Positions 29,095 through 39,421 of a stretch of DNA of 64,000 bases are shown piece after piece (position 1 is the first letter of the stretch; every line of letters starts with the position of its first letter). A program made the position numbers and the translations under genes. The notes beneath the pieces are model-generated. The model was not told the origin of the DNA. It searched no databases and was given only the letters and a program-made list of their open reading frames with translations. Source of the DNA: Chloroflexota bacterium (GTDB lineage Bacteria; Chloroflexota; UBA11872); assembly GCA_022825895.1 (NCBI GenBank), contig JAJDVX010000015.1:45121-109120 (forward strand), given 5' to 3'.

Positions 29095-29535
29095 CTACGT
29101 GCCTTCGTCGCCCGTTGGATCGATGACGACCAGTGGCTCCTCGCTGATCGTCCCGCCGCGCAACCAGAAGCAGCGCATGACCGGCCGTTCGGGATTCATG
29201 AGCGAGACGATAATGAAGCGGCTGTACTCGGAATAGCCGGACTCAACAGCCTCGCGCACGTCCGTTGGCGAAGGGTAGGCGTCGCTGCGCGGGTGGGAGT
29301 GATAAAAGGCCGAGATATCCCAGCCCTGCACGTCTTCGATATCGCGCGTGGCGTTAAGCATGTCGCGCGGATCGATGGTGTAGTGCACGCGGCTCTGATC
29401 GGCGTTGCGGGCTGGGTAGACCCGCAGTGCGGTGTCGTCCTGCCCGCCAATCAGACCGCAGCACTCCAGGGGCGCCTCGTCGCGCGCCTGGCCAACGATC
29501 TGGTCGTGCTGAGCACGGGTCAGGTGAAACGGCAT
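29095..29535 (-). CDS. MPN+/JAMM family metalloprotease (Mov34/Mec+-like)
   Basis: E...HSHPRSDAYPSPTD fits JAMM motif E-x(n)-HxH-x7-S-x2-D exactly; 146 aa. Confidence 0.75.
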   Translation of the reverse strand: MPFHLTRAQHDQIVGQARDEAPLECCGLIGGQDDTALRVYPARNADQSRVHYTIDPRDMLNATRDIEDVQGWDISAFYHSHPRSDAYPSPTDVREAVESGYSEYSRFIIVSLMNPERPVMRCFWLRGGTISEEPLVVIDPTGDEGT

Positions 29536-29702
29536 AGCGCAAAGATAAGGGATTGCGGCAGTCGCTGAGCATTATCAGCCGCGGGTTTCGTCATTCCGTC
29601 AGGCTCGTTAGGATCGACGCTTGCCGGTGCGGCGCGCGAACAGAGCCGCCATGACCACTTTGACTACCGGCACCCCAGGGCGGGAGAGGATAACGGTGTC
29701 CT

Positions 29703-30965
29703 ATGCCTTTTCGTCTTCAGGGTCTCTGGCGCCACCCCAACTTCCTGAAGCTGTGGGTTGGCGGAACGGTCTCAGCGTTCGGCTCGCAGATCACCTTCCT
29801 GGCGCTACCGCTCACGGCGGTGCTGGTGCTGGATGCCTCACCGCTGCAGATGGGCGTCCTGGCGGCCATCGGCGGCCTCCCGTCGCTTGCGTTTGGAGTT
29901 GGCGTGGGCGTTTGGGTCGACCGGCTCAGAAAGCGCCGGGTAATGATCGTTGCCGACTACGGTCGCGCGCTGCTGCTGCTCTCTGTCCCGATCGCCGCCT
30001 GGCTGCAGGTGCTGCGGATCGAACACTTGTACGTCGTTGCCCTTGGCACCGGCACGCTGGGGATGTTCTTCGGCGTAGCCAATCGGTCAATTCTCCCGTC
30101 GCTGGTCTCGCGGGAGCAGTTGGTGGAAGCCAACAGCAAGCTTGCGATCGGCACGTCGGCTTCGCAGGTCGCCGGCCCGGGCGTTGCGGGGGTGCTGATC
30201 CACATCGTCACGGCGCCTGTAGCCCTGGTCGTCGACGCCGTGACCTTCGTGATTTCAGCGTTGGCGCTGCGAGGAATTCGCCACCAGGAGGCTGAACCGG
30301 CAACGTCTGTAACCGGCGACAGCATCCTGAAGCAGGCTCGCGAAGGCCTGGCCGTGGTCGGCCGAAACCGGATTCTGCTTTCCATCGCCATCGCCGTCGG
30401 GGGAATCGCCGTTTTCAACGCGATGTTCGAGGCCGTATGGCTGCTTTACGTCAACAAGCAGCTCAACGTCGAGCCGCTGGCCTTTGGCTTCCTCTTCGCG
30501 GTCAGCAGTGTGGGGTTCATGGTCGGGGCCTTCGTCGCGGAACGGCTGATCCGCTGGTTGGGCCCCGGTCCGGCCATGATCGTTGCGGTCGTCATCGCGG
30601 CGCTGAGCGACCTGGTTACCCCTCTCGCCGGAGGGCCGCTCGCAGCCGTCGTCGTGTTGCTTACCACCTCCATGTTTCTGTTCGGCATCGGCGCCACGGT
30701 GTACGGGGTTTGCCAGGGCAGCCTGCGGCAGGCGAGCACACCGCTTCGGCTTCAGGGCCGCATGAACGGCATCATGAATACCCTGGAGATTGGGCTGGTC
30801 CCGCTCGGTGCACTAGTTGGTGGGGCCTTAGCTGAAGTCGTTGGCATGCGGCCAATGCTCTTTGTCGCCGCCGGGCTTGAACTGGCCGTCGCTCTCTGGC
30901 TGTTCATATCGCCGATTCGGTCGCTGCGCGAATTGCCGGAACCTGAGGATTCCGGCGCCGCGTAG
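29703..30965 (+). CDS. MFS transporter (enterobactin-exporter EntS-like)
   Basis: 12 predicted TM segments; MFS motif GVWVDRLRKRRVM. Confidence 0.8.
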   Translation: MPFRLQGLWRHPNFLKLWVGGTVSAFGSQITFLALPLTAVLVLDASPLQMGVLAAIGGLPSLAFGVGVGVWVDRLRKRRVMIVADYGRALLLLSVPIAAWLQVLRIEHLYVVALGTGTLGMFFGVANRSILPSLVSREQLVEANSKLAIGTSASQVAGPGVAGVLIHIVTAPVALVVDAVTFVISALALRGIRHQEAEPATSVTGDSILKQAREGLAVVGRNRILLSIAIAVGGIAVFNAMFEAVWLLYVNKQLNVEPLAFGFLFAVSSVGFMVGAFVAERLIRWLGPGPAMIVAVVIAALSDLVTPLAGGPLAAVVVLLTTSMFLFGIGATVYGVCQGSLRQASTPLRLQGRMNGIMNTLEIGLVPLGALVGGALAEVVGMRPMLFVAAGLELAVALWLFISPIRSLRELPEPEDSGAA

Positions 30966-30999
30966 TGTCGGAGGCGCGCCGCGGCAACGGCGGAATCTC

Positions 31000-31029
31000 T
31001 TGACGCTCATTTTCGCCGATCCCTACAAT
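31000..31029 (+). promoter_or_regulatory. candidate sigma70-like promoter of groEL
   Basis: TTGACG-N18-TACAAT about 150 nt upstream of groEL ATG. No CIRCE consensus seen. Confidence 0.3.
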
Positions 31030-31176
31030 GGGTTGCTAACGCGATTGATTCGATCCGCGTCAGCGCGCGTGCCAAAAAACTCGGTGCGTGGCGCCTGACT
31101 GGCGGACCAGACACGACCCCCACACGAAGACCGAAGCATCCTGCTCGAGGTCAGCCGGGTCGAAAGGGACGAAAGT

Positions 31177-32802
<1,626 letters not shown>

Positions 32803-32824
32803 GTCCACGACTCGGAACGCTCAA

Positions 32825-32861
32825 CCGCCCCGCCGGCGCTAGCCGGCGGGGCGGTTTGCAT
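32825..32861 (+). terminator. intrinsic terminator after groEL
   Basis: ccgccccgccggc-gcta-gccggcggggcgg followed by tttgcatt. Confidence 0.6.
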
Positions 32862-33061
32862 TGCAACAAGTACGGGCGTAACAGCTTGTCGCCACCCTAG
32901 ATCGGGCCGAGTCCCTGCCCTGACACCCGCCCGGCGTTCGACGAGTCCTCCCTTCACTTCGCCTTTCCAGCGGCGGGCAGGCCGCAGTCAGGTTCGCCAG
33001 GCAAGCGACATCGTCCGCACGTCGCGCCACGGGTGGCTGTGAGCCCAGAATTTTGACTTCA

Positions 33062-33127
33062 CTAAAAACATTCTTTTAGGTATCATAAACAGGCCGGCAG
33101 GCCGCATGAGGTGCGGGCCTGCCGGCC
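33062..33127 (+). promoter_or_regulatory. 5' leader of metal ABC operon: AT-rich CTAAAA-N6-TTTTAG palindrome (candidate DtxR/MntR box) followed by 12-bp GC hairpin
   Basis: actaaaaacattcttttagg, then ggccggcaggcc-N12-ggcctgccggcc (33092-33127), upstream of the TTG start at 33161. Confidence 0.3.
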
Positions 33128-33160
33128 CTCGTCAGCAGGTTTGCAGCGAAAGGAAGAGCG

Positions 33161-34141
33161 TTGCGCACGCTGCGAATACTCGCCGTCCTCGCCGCAGTGG
33201 CCGTCTCCGTTGTCGTGACAGCATGCGAAGACACGTCTGTGCAGACGGACACGGACGCGAAACACCGCGTGGCGCCAGTCTCCCGCGAGGGCGGAAGGCC
33301 GTTACGGGTCGTCGCGACCACCGGGCAGATTACCGACGCGGTACGCCATGTCGGCGGAGACCGAGTTGAAGTCCATGGCCTGATGGGACCAGGCGTGGAC
33401 CCGCATCTTTACCGCGCCAGCGAACGCGATATTACTCGGCTCGAAGCAGCAGACGCCGTGTTTTGGAATGGCCTGCACCTGGAGGCCGGGATTTCTGGAG
33501 TCCTCGAACGGCTCGCCGAACTCGGGGTCCATTCAATTCGGGTGACCGATGACATTGACCGGCAACTCTTGCTGGCGCCGCCGGAATTCAATGGCGCTTA
33601 CGATCCCCACGTTTGGTTCGACTTGGATCTCTGGTCGATAACCGTCGGGACCATTCGCGACGCCCTTATCGCGATGGATCCTGAAGGCACGGCGTCCTAC
33701 CGAGCCAACGCCGACGCCTTCATTTCCCAAGTCAGAGATCTCGACTCTTATGTCAAGTCGCGAGCTATGGAGATTGACGAGCGGGTGCGGGTCTTGGTGA
33801 CCGCGCACGACGCCTTCAACTACTTTGCGAACCGCTACGGGATGGAAGTGCGCGGCCTGCAGGGCATCAGTACGGAAAGCGAGGCCAGCACGGCCGACGT
33901 ACAACAACTCGCGCAGTTCATCAGCGAACGCGGGATCCCGGCGGTCTTCATTGAGTCGTCGGTCCCCGATCAAGCCGTCCAGGCCGTGATCGAAGCTGCG
34001 GCCGCTCGTGGGCACACCGTGATTATTGGCGGCGAGATTTTCTCCGACGCCATGGGCGCTCAAGGTACGGCGGAGGGAACCTACCTTGGCATGATCCGCC
34101 ATAACATCGACACCATTGTCGAAGCCTTGGCGCAGCCGTGA
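33161..34141 (+). CDS. metal ABC transporter substrate-binding lipoprotein (ZnuA/MntC/TroA cluster A-I)
   Basis: TTG start with AGGAAGAG RBS. Signal + lipobox VVVTAC. TroA-like fold. Confidence 0.85.
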   Translation: MRTLRILAVLAAVAVSVVVTACEDTSVQTDTDAKHRVAPVSREGGRPLRVVATTGQITDAVRHVGGDRVEVHGLMGPGVDPHLYRASERDITRLEAADAVFWNGLHLEAGISGVLERLAELGVHSIRVTDDIDRQLLLAPPEFNGAYDPHVWFDLDLWSITVGTIRDALIAMDPEGTASYRANADAFISQVRDLDSYVKSRAMEIDERVRVLVTAHDAFNYFANRYGMEVRGLQGISTESEASTADVQQLAQFISERGIPAVFIESSVPDQAVQAVIEAAAARGHTVIIGGEIFSDAMGAQGTAEGTYLGMIRHNIDTIVEALAQP

Positions 34142-34923
34142 GGATCGGCCTCCGCACCGGCGGGGCACTCGCGATCCAGGCGACCGACCTGACGCTGGCT
34201 TATCAGCAGCAACCGGTCCTCTGGGATGTCGATCTGGAAGTTCCGCAGGGCGTACTGATGGCGATTGTGGGTCCCAACGGTGCGGGCAAGACCACCCTGC
34301 TGCGAGCGGTGTTGGGCCTCCTGAAGCCCGCCGCCGGCGAAGTGCTGGTCTTCGGACAGCCCTACGCGGATCAGCGGCGGCGCGTGGCCTACGTTCCCCA
34401 GCGCGGCAGCGTCGACTGGGACTTCCCAACCACGGCGCTCGACATCGTCACCATGGGAACGTACGGGGGGTTGGGCTGGGTGCGTCGTCCAGGCACATCC
34501 GAGCGCACTCGAGCCGCCGCCGCGCTAGCTCAGGTCGGCATGGAGTCCTATGCCGACCGCCAGATCAGCCAACTCTCGGGTGGGCAACAGCAGCGGATCT
34601 TTCTGGCTCGGGCGCTTGTGCAGGACGCCGACGTCTACCTGATGGACGAGCCGTTCCAGGGGGTCGACGCCACCACCGAACGCGCGATTGTTGAGCTGCT
34701 GCGAGCGCTGCGGGCCGACGGCAAGACCGTAGTCGCGGTACACCATGACCTCCAGACCGTAACCGAGTACTTCGACGAAGTAACGCTCCTAAACGTCCGG
34801 CGCATCGCCGGCGGACCAGTAGATCGAGTGTTTACCGAGGAAAATCTGCGCCTTACATATGGCGGTCGCGTGGCCGGCATCGGTGGACGCGCCGTCGGCA
34901 ACGACCTTGAGCCATCCTCGTGA
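34138..34923 (+). CDS. metal ABC transporter ATP-binding protein
   Basis: GTG start overlapping upstream stop. Walker [11 protein letters not shown], signature LSGGQQQR, Walker B VYLMDEP. Confidence 0.85.
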   Translation: MRIGLRTGGALAIQATDLTLAYQQQPVLWDVDLEVPQGVLMAIVGPNGAGKTTLLRAVLGLLKPAAGEVLVFGQPYADQRRRVAYVPQRGSVDWDFPTTALDIVTMGTYGGLGWVRRPGTSERTRAAAALAQVGMESYADRQISQLSGGQQQRIFLARALVQDADVYLMDEPFQGVDATTERAIVELLRALRADGKTVVAVHHDLQTVTEYFDEVTLLNVRRIAGGPVDRVFTEENLRLTYGGRVAGIGGRAVGNDLEPSS

Positions 34924-34956
34924 TTCGCACCCGTAGCCCCGCCTAGAAACGAAGCA

Positions 34957-36093
34957 GTGATAGACGTCCTGAGCGGTCTCTTCGTGGACCATACGCTGCG
35001 CACGGTCGCGCTTGGCTCGGCCACGCTGGGAATCGTCAGCGGTGCCCTTGGAGCCTTCGCCGTGCTCCGCCGACAAGCTCTTCTGGGCGATGCCATGTCC
35101 CACGCGGCGTTGCCCGGAGTGGCCCTGGCGTTTCTGCTTACCGGCAGCCGTGCGCCGCTGGTGCTAATGCTCGGCGCGGCCATTGCCGGTTGGCTGGCAG
35201 CCGCGGCCATTGTCGGAGTCGTGCGCACGTCCCGCGTCAAGGTAGACAGCGCCATGGCCTTAACGCTAAGCGTCTTCTTTGGTGCCGGGCTGGTTGTATT
35301 GACTTTCATCCAGCGTCAGCCCGCCGCTGGCAAGGCCGGGCTGGACAAGTTTCTCTTCGGACAGGCGGCCGCCATGCTTGAAAGCGACGTCATCACCATG
35401 GTGGCCGTGGGCGCTGTCGGACTCTTCGGCCTGCTGGCGCTCTGGAAGGAATTCAAGCTCCTGAGCTTCGACCCCGACTTTGCGGCAACCCTCGGCATGC
35501 CCACGCGCCGGGTGGACATTCTCCTGACCAGCCTCCTTGTGATCGCCATCGTTGTCGGACTCAAGACGGTTGGAGTGGTTCTCATGAGCGCCATGGTGGT
35601 GGCGCCCGGTGCGGCCGCCCGGCAGTGGACGAATCGTCTGGGTGTCATGGTCACCCTCTCGGCGTGTTTTGGAGCTGCCGCAGGTGTGCTGGGAGCACTG
35701 CTTAGCACCACGGCAGAGACGTCCACAGGTCCTACCATCGTGCTTGTTGCGACCGGGCTGGTGGTTGTGTCGCTCTTGTTTGCGCCCGCGCGAGGCTTGG
35801 TGTGGGTACGCATGCGCGCCTGGCGGAGCCGGCGGATGCTGGCCTTGGAAGCTGTCATCGCCGACCTGGCGTCGCTGGCGGCGCAGCACGGATCCAACGC
35901 GACGCATCCACATGACATCGGGGCCCTGAACGCAGTTCGCGGCCGCGCCGTCGTCGAACGCGCCTTGACCGAATTGGCTGCGGACGGGCTGGCTCGGCAG
36001 CACGACACCGGCGGCTGGTCGCTGACGCCCCGCGGACTGGCCGAAGCCGACCGTTTGGCCCGAAGCCGACGCGCGCCAGGAGTTGCCCGTTGA
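34957..36093 (+). CDS. metal ABC transporter permease (ABC-3 family) with C-terminal ~90-aa winged-helix-like extension
   Basis: GTG start. ~280 aa ABC-3 permease core, then ALEAVIADLASLAAQHG...ERALTELAADGLARQHDTGGWSLTPRGLAEADRL. Confidence 0.8.
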   Translation: MIDVLSGLFVDHTLRTVALGSATLGIVSGALGAFAVLRRQALLGDAMSHAALPGVALAFLLTGSRAPLVLMLGAAIAGWLAAAAIVGVVRTSRVKVDSAMALTLSVFFGAGLVVLTFIQRQPAAGKAGLDKFLFGQAAAMLESDVITMVAVGAVGLFGLLALWKEFKLLSFDPDFAATLGMPTRRVDILLTSLLVIAIVVGLKTVGVVLMSAMVVAPGAAARQWTNRLGVMVTLSACFGAAAGVLGALLSTTAETSTGPTIVLVATGLVVVSLLFAPARGLVWVRMRAWRSRRMLALEAVIADLASLAAQHGSNATHPHDIGALNAVRGRAVVERALTELAADGLARQHDTGGWSLTPRGLAEADRLARSRRAPGVAR

Positions 36094-37199
36094 CCTCGGC
36101 CCAGATCGACGTCCTCCTCGTCGCCGTCGTGGTCGCCGCCGCTTGTGCGATACCGGGAACGTTTCTGGTCTTGCGCCGCATGGCCATGATGAGCGACGCC
36201 ATCAGCCACACCGTTCTTCTTGGCATCGTATTGGCGTTCTTCGTCGTCGCTGACCTCGGCTCCCCGATTCTCATTGTGGGCGCTGCTCTGGTTGGCTTGC
36301 TCACCGTCGTTCTGGTCGAAGCCACCAGTCGCACTGGCCTGGTGCGCGAGGACACGGCAATCGGCCTGGTGTTCCCAGCCCTTTTCTCTATTGCCGTGAT
36401 CTTGATATCCAGCCTGGCAGGTGATGTGCACCTGGACAGCGATGCGGTATTGCTCGGCGAGATTGCCTTCGCGCCCTTCAACCGCTTCGCACCCTTTGGC
36501 GTCGATCTGGGACCGGTCGCAATCTGGGTCATGGGCGCCATCCTGCTCATCAACCTTGCATGTACAGCTTTGTTCTTCAAGGAATTGAAGCTGGCTACGT
36601 TTGATCCGGCCCTTGCCGCGGCGCTTGGATTCTCGCCGGCACTCGTCCATTACGGGCTTATGGCGCTAGTCTCGATCACCGCCGTTGGCGCCTTTGATGC
36701 CGTGGGGTCGATCCTGGTCGTGGCGCTCATGGTCGGTCCCCCCGCCGCTGCCTACCTGCTCACCGACCACCTGCCTCGAATGTTGGGACTTAGCGTCCTT
36801 ATCGGCGCGACGTCAGCCGCCGGCGGCTATTGGCTTGCGAGGCTGCTCGACGCCAACATCGCCGGCGCGATGGCCACGGCGGTCGGCATCGCCTTCACAC
36901 TTGTCCTACTGCTCGCGCCACGGCGCGGATTGGTCGCCGCGGCCCGGCGGCGGCGCCGTCAGCGATGGACGTTCGCCCGTCAGATGCTGCTCATTCACCT
37001 CGCCACGCACGAGGGCACGCCGACTGAATCCGACGAGAGCCACCCCGACCACATGCAGCGCCACATGCGCTGGCCCGCCGACTTTTCCGCCCGCGTGATT
37101 CAGACCGCCACCGATCGCGGCCTCGTCGTGCTCGAAGCCGAGCAACTTCGCCTCACCCCCCACGGGCGCGAAGCCGCCAAAGAAGCTGCGGTCCGTTAG
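36090..37199 (+). CDS. metal ABC transporter permease (ABC-3 family) with C-terminal winged-helix-like extension
   Basis: TTG start overlapping upstream stop. Second permease paralog with tail ...ARVIQTATDRGLVVLEAEQLRLTPHGREAAKEA. Confidence 0.8.
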   Translation: MTSAQIDVLLVAVVVAAACAIPGTFLVLRRMAMMSDAISHTVLLGIVLAFFVVADLGSPILIVGAALVGLLTVVLVEATSRTGLVREDTAIGLVFPALFSIAVILISSLAGDVHLDSDAVLLGEIAFAPFNRFAPFGVDLGPVAIWVMGAILLINLACTALFFKELKLATFDPALAAALGFSPALVHYGLMALVSITAVGAFDAVGSILVVALMVGPPAAAYLLTDHLPRMLGLSVLIGATSAAGGYWLARLLDANIAGAMATAVGIAFTLVLLLAPRRGLVAAARRRRRQRWTFARQMLLIHLATHEGTPTESDESHPDHMQRHMRWPADFSARVIQTATDRGLVVLEAEQLRLTPHGREAAKEAAVR

Positions 37200-37226
37200 A
37201 CCGCCGCGCCGCGCCGCAATCGAGGG

Positions 37227-37895
37227 TCATGCCTCATGGGTGAAGACGCTGTCGCTGACCGTCTGGCTCAATGCCACCTCGGCGTCCCCAATCCGCACCA
37301 CCAGCGGCCCGTCGAAGGGTAATCGTCGAACCACACGGGCCCGCGTGCCCGGCACAAGCCGGATCTCCGTCAGGTACTCCAGCACGGCCCGGTCGCGGTC
37401 GCGTACTCGCGCCACCACGAAATCCGTGCCATCGGCAACCCCCGTCAACTGGCGCGCATCGTCGGCTTGTAGCGCGTCCAGCGCCTCATTGGGGATCGAG
37501 TCCCCGTGCGGATCCGTTGTCGGGTCGGAGACCTTGGCGGCGATTCGCCGCTCCATCTCCTCGGAAATCACATGCTCCAGCCGGTCGGCCTCCTCGTGCA
37601 CGTCATTCCAGTCGTAATCCAGGAACTCCACCAGGAACCGTTCGATCAGCCGGTGATGGCGGACCATCTCCAGCGCGTGGCGCTCACCTTCCTCGGTCAG
37701 TTGTGCGCCCTGGTAGCGCCGGTAGTCGACCAACGCCTTCTGTCGCAGGCGTTGCAGCGCTACCGTCACCGCGCCCTGGGTCACGTCCAACTGGCTCGCC
37801 AGTTCCCCTGTCCCCACCCGCCGCTCGTGCCCGCCGGCGTCGTAGAGGGCGCGCAGATAGTCTTGGTCGCTGGCTGAAACGGGCGGGTCGGGCAT
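37227..37895 (-). CDS. DtxR/IdeR/MntR family metal-dependent transcriptional regulator with C-terminal FeoA/SH3-like domain
   Basis: N-terminal wHTH DYLRALYDAGGHERRVGTGELASQLDVTQGAVTVALQRL, metal-binding HHRLIERFL, C-terminal SH3-like domain. Confidence 0.85.
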   Translation of the reverse strand: MPDPPVSASDQDYLRALYDAGGHERRVGTGELASQLDVTQGAVTVALQRLRQKALVDYRRYQGAQLTEEGERHALEMVRHHRLIERFLVEFLDYDWNDVHEEADRLEHVISEEMERRIAAKVSDPTTDPHGDSIPNEALDALQADDARQLTGVADGTDFVVARVRDRDRAVLEYLTEIRLVPGTRARVVRRLPFDGPLVVRIGDAEVALSQTVSDSVFTHEA

Positions 37896-37967
37896 TCAAT
37901 CTTGGCGGCGAGTAGGGCCAGCAACCTAACAGGTTGGGCGCCGGCGCTGACTGGCTAGACTGCCAGC

Positions 37968-38942
37968 GTGCACAGTTTCGACCCCCCCGGGCAGCCCCGC
38001 GCGCCGCGCGCCCCTGCATTCTCACGACGAACCATCCTGGGCGCGCTGGGCCTGGCAACGCCGGCGCTCGCCGGATTGCTCCCCGCCTGCGGATCACCGC
38101 CACCCGATCCCAACATCAGCGTCTTCCTGACGGTCAACGAAATGCTGCCGGGTCCGCATCGCTTCCCCTTCGTGGTGGTTGACGGCGAACGCACGGCGGT
38201 CACCGGTGCGCGGATCCAAGTGCGCTTCCTGCGACTGGTGGGGGAACGCGACGAGTTTCGCTTCGAAGTCCCCGCCAGGGAATACGTCGCCGGCGGCAGC
38301 TACAACCACGTCCATGAAGACGGCCGGGTCCACGTCCACGACCTGGCCCGCTCCTACTACCTCGTCGACGACGCCAACTTCGACGAGGGCCTCTGGCGCG
38401 CCGACCTGGAGGTGCATCCGGCCAACGGCTCGGCCTTCTCCGCGTCTACGGTCTTCCAGGTCGGACAACGCACCGCCACTCCGAGGGTGGGAGACCCGGC
38501 GCCCGGCACCGTCCATGCCACGGTCGACGACGTCGCGGATCTCAACCTCCTGACCACCGCCGACCCACCCCTCTCGGCCCTCTACGGGCATACCGTTGCC
38601 GACGCGCTCGCCGCGAACGAGCCATTCCTTGTCGCCTTTAGCACCCCCGCCTTCTGTACGTCGGCGATGTGCGGACCGGTCACTGCCGTTGTGGGCGACT
38701 TGCACGGCCAGCTGGGCGACCGTGTGCGCTTCATCCACCTCGAGCCGTTCGATCTCAATATCGCGCGTACCGAGGGCCGCCTCGTTTGGGCAGACGTGGC
38801 GCGCGAGTGGAACCTCGAAACCGAACCCTGGGTCTTTGTCGTCGATCCTTCCGGGCGCGTAGCCGCGCGCTTCGAAGGCCTGGTCGGGGCCGCCGAACTT
38901 CGGCCCGCCATCGCCGCCGTGGCTGGACCGCCGCTGCGCTGA
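37968..38942 (+). CDS. Tat-secreted lipoprotein, hypothetical (C-terminal thioredoxin/Sco-like CxxxxC region)
   Basis: GTG start. Twin-arginine signal SRRTILGALGLATPALAGLLPAC (lipobox). C-terminal FLVAFSTPAFCTSAMCGP. Confidence 0.5.
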   Translation: MHSFDPPGQPRAPRAPAFSRRTILGALGLATPALAGLLPACGSPPPDPNISVFLTVNEMLPGPHRFPFVVVDGERTAVTGARIQVRFLRLVGERDEFRFEVPAREYVAGGSYNHVHEDGRVHVHDLARSYYLVDDANFDEGLWRADLEVHPANGSAFSASTVFQVGQRTATPRVGDPAPGTVHATVDDVADLNLLTTADPPLSALYGHTVADALAANEPFLVAFSTPAFCTSAMCGPVTAVVGDLHGQLGDRVRFIHLEPFDLNIARTEGRLVWADVAREWNLETEPWVFVVDPSGRVAARFEGLVGAAELRPAIAAVAGPPLR

Positions 38943-39421
38943 TGCGACGTCTCCTGCGGTTCCTGCCGGCACTGACTCTGCTGGCGGCCACGGCAACGCC
39001 CGTCCTGGCCCACGGCGGCGACCTCGTCTACACCGGCGCCACCGGTCCCTACCAGGTCCGCGCCTTCGCAAACTGGGCCGAAGGCTGGCTCGACTACTCC
39101 GTGGATCTCCGCAACGTCTCCACCGGTGCGCGCATCCCTGGCGCCGAAGTCAAGGTGACCGTCTTCGAGAATGGCGCCGAAATCGCCCAATACACCGCCT
39201 TCGAGTCCGGCGCCGTCTACGAGTTCGTCGAGCCGAGCCCCGAAGAAGTCCACTGGAATCTCGTACTGGACATCTCCGGCCCCCTCGGCCCCGCCAGACT
39301 CACCCACGCCCTTGACCTGGCGCCCACCAACTGGGTCCTGCCCAGCCTCCTGGTCGTCGGCGGCTTCTTCGCCGCCGTCGCCGCCCACACCTGGACCGCC
39401 CGCCGCCGCGCTCGCGCCTAG
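38942..39421 (+). CDS. hypothetical secreted protein with C-terminal TM anchor; mature N-terminus begins with His (CopC/YtkA-like?)
   Basis: In-frame ATG inside ORF 38669..39421, overlapping the upstream stop (TGATG). Signal MRRLLRFLPALTLLAATATPVLA|HGGD; TM anchor LPSLLVVGGFFAAVAAH. Confidence 0.45.
   Translation: MRRLLRFLPALTLLAATATPVLAHGGDLVYTGATGPYQVRAFANWAEGWLDYSVDLRNVSTGARIPGAEVKVTVFENGAEIAQYTAFESGAVYEFVEPSPEEVHWNLVLDISGPLGPARLTHALDLAPTNWVLPSLLVVGGFFAAVAAHTWTARRRARA

Noticed and set aside
30966-31176. Possible CIRCE/HAIR heat-shock operator upstream of groEL
   Set aside because: Only an imperfect CTAACGCG-N12-CGCGTCAG repeat. No match to TTAGCACTC-N9-GAGTGCTAA or HAIR consensus by eye. 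Only a generic promoter is reported.
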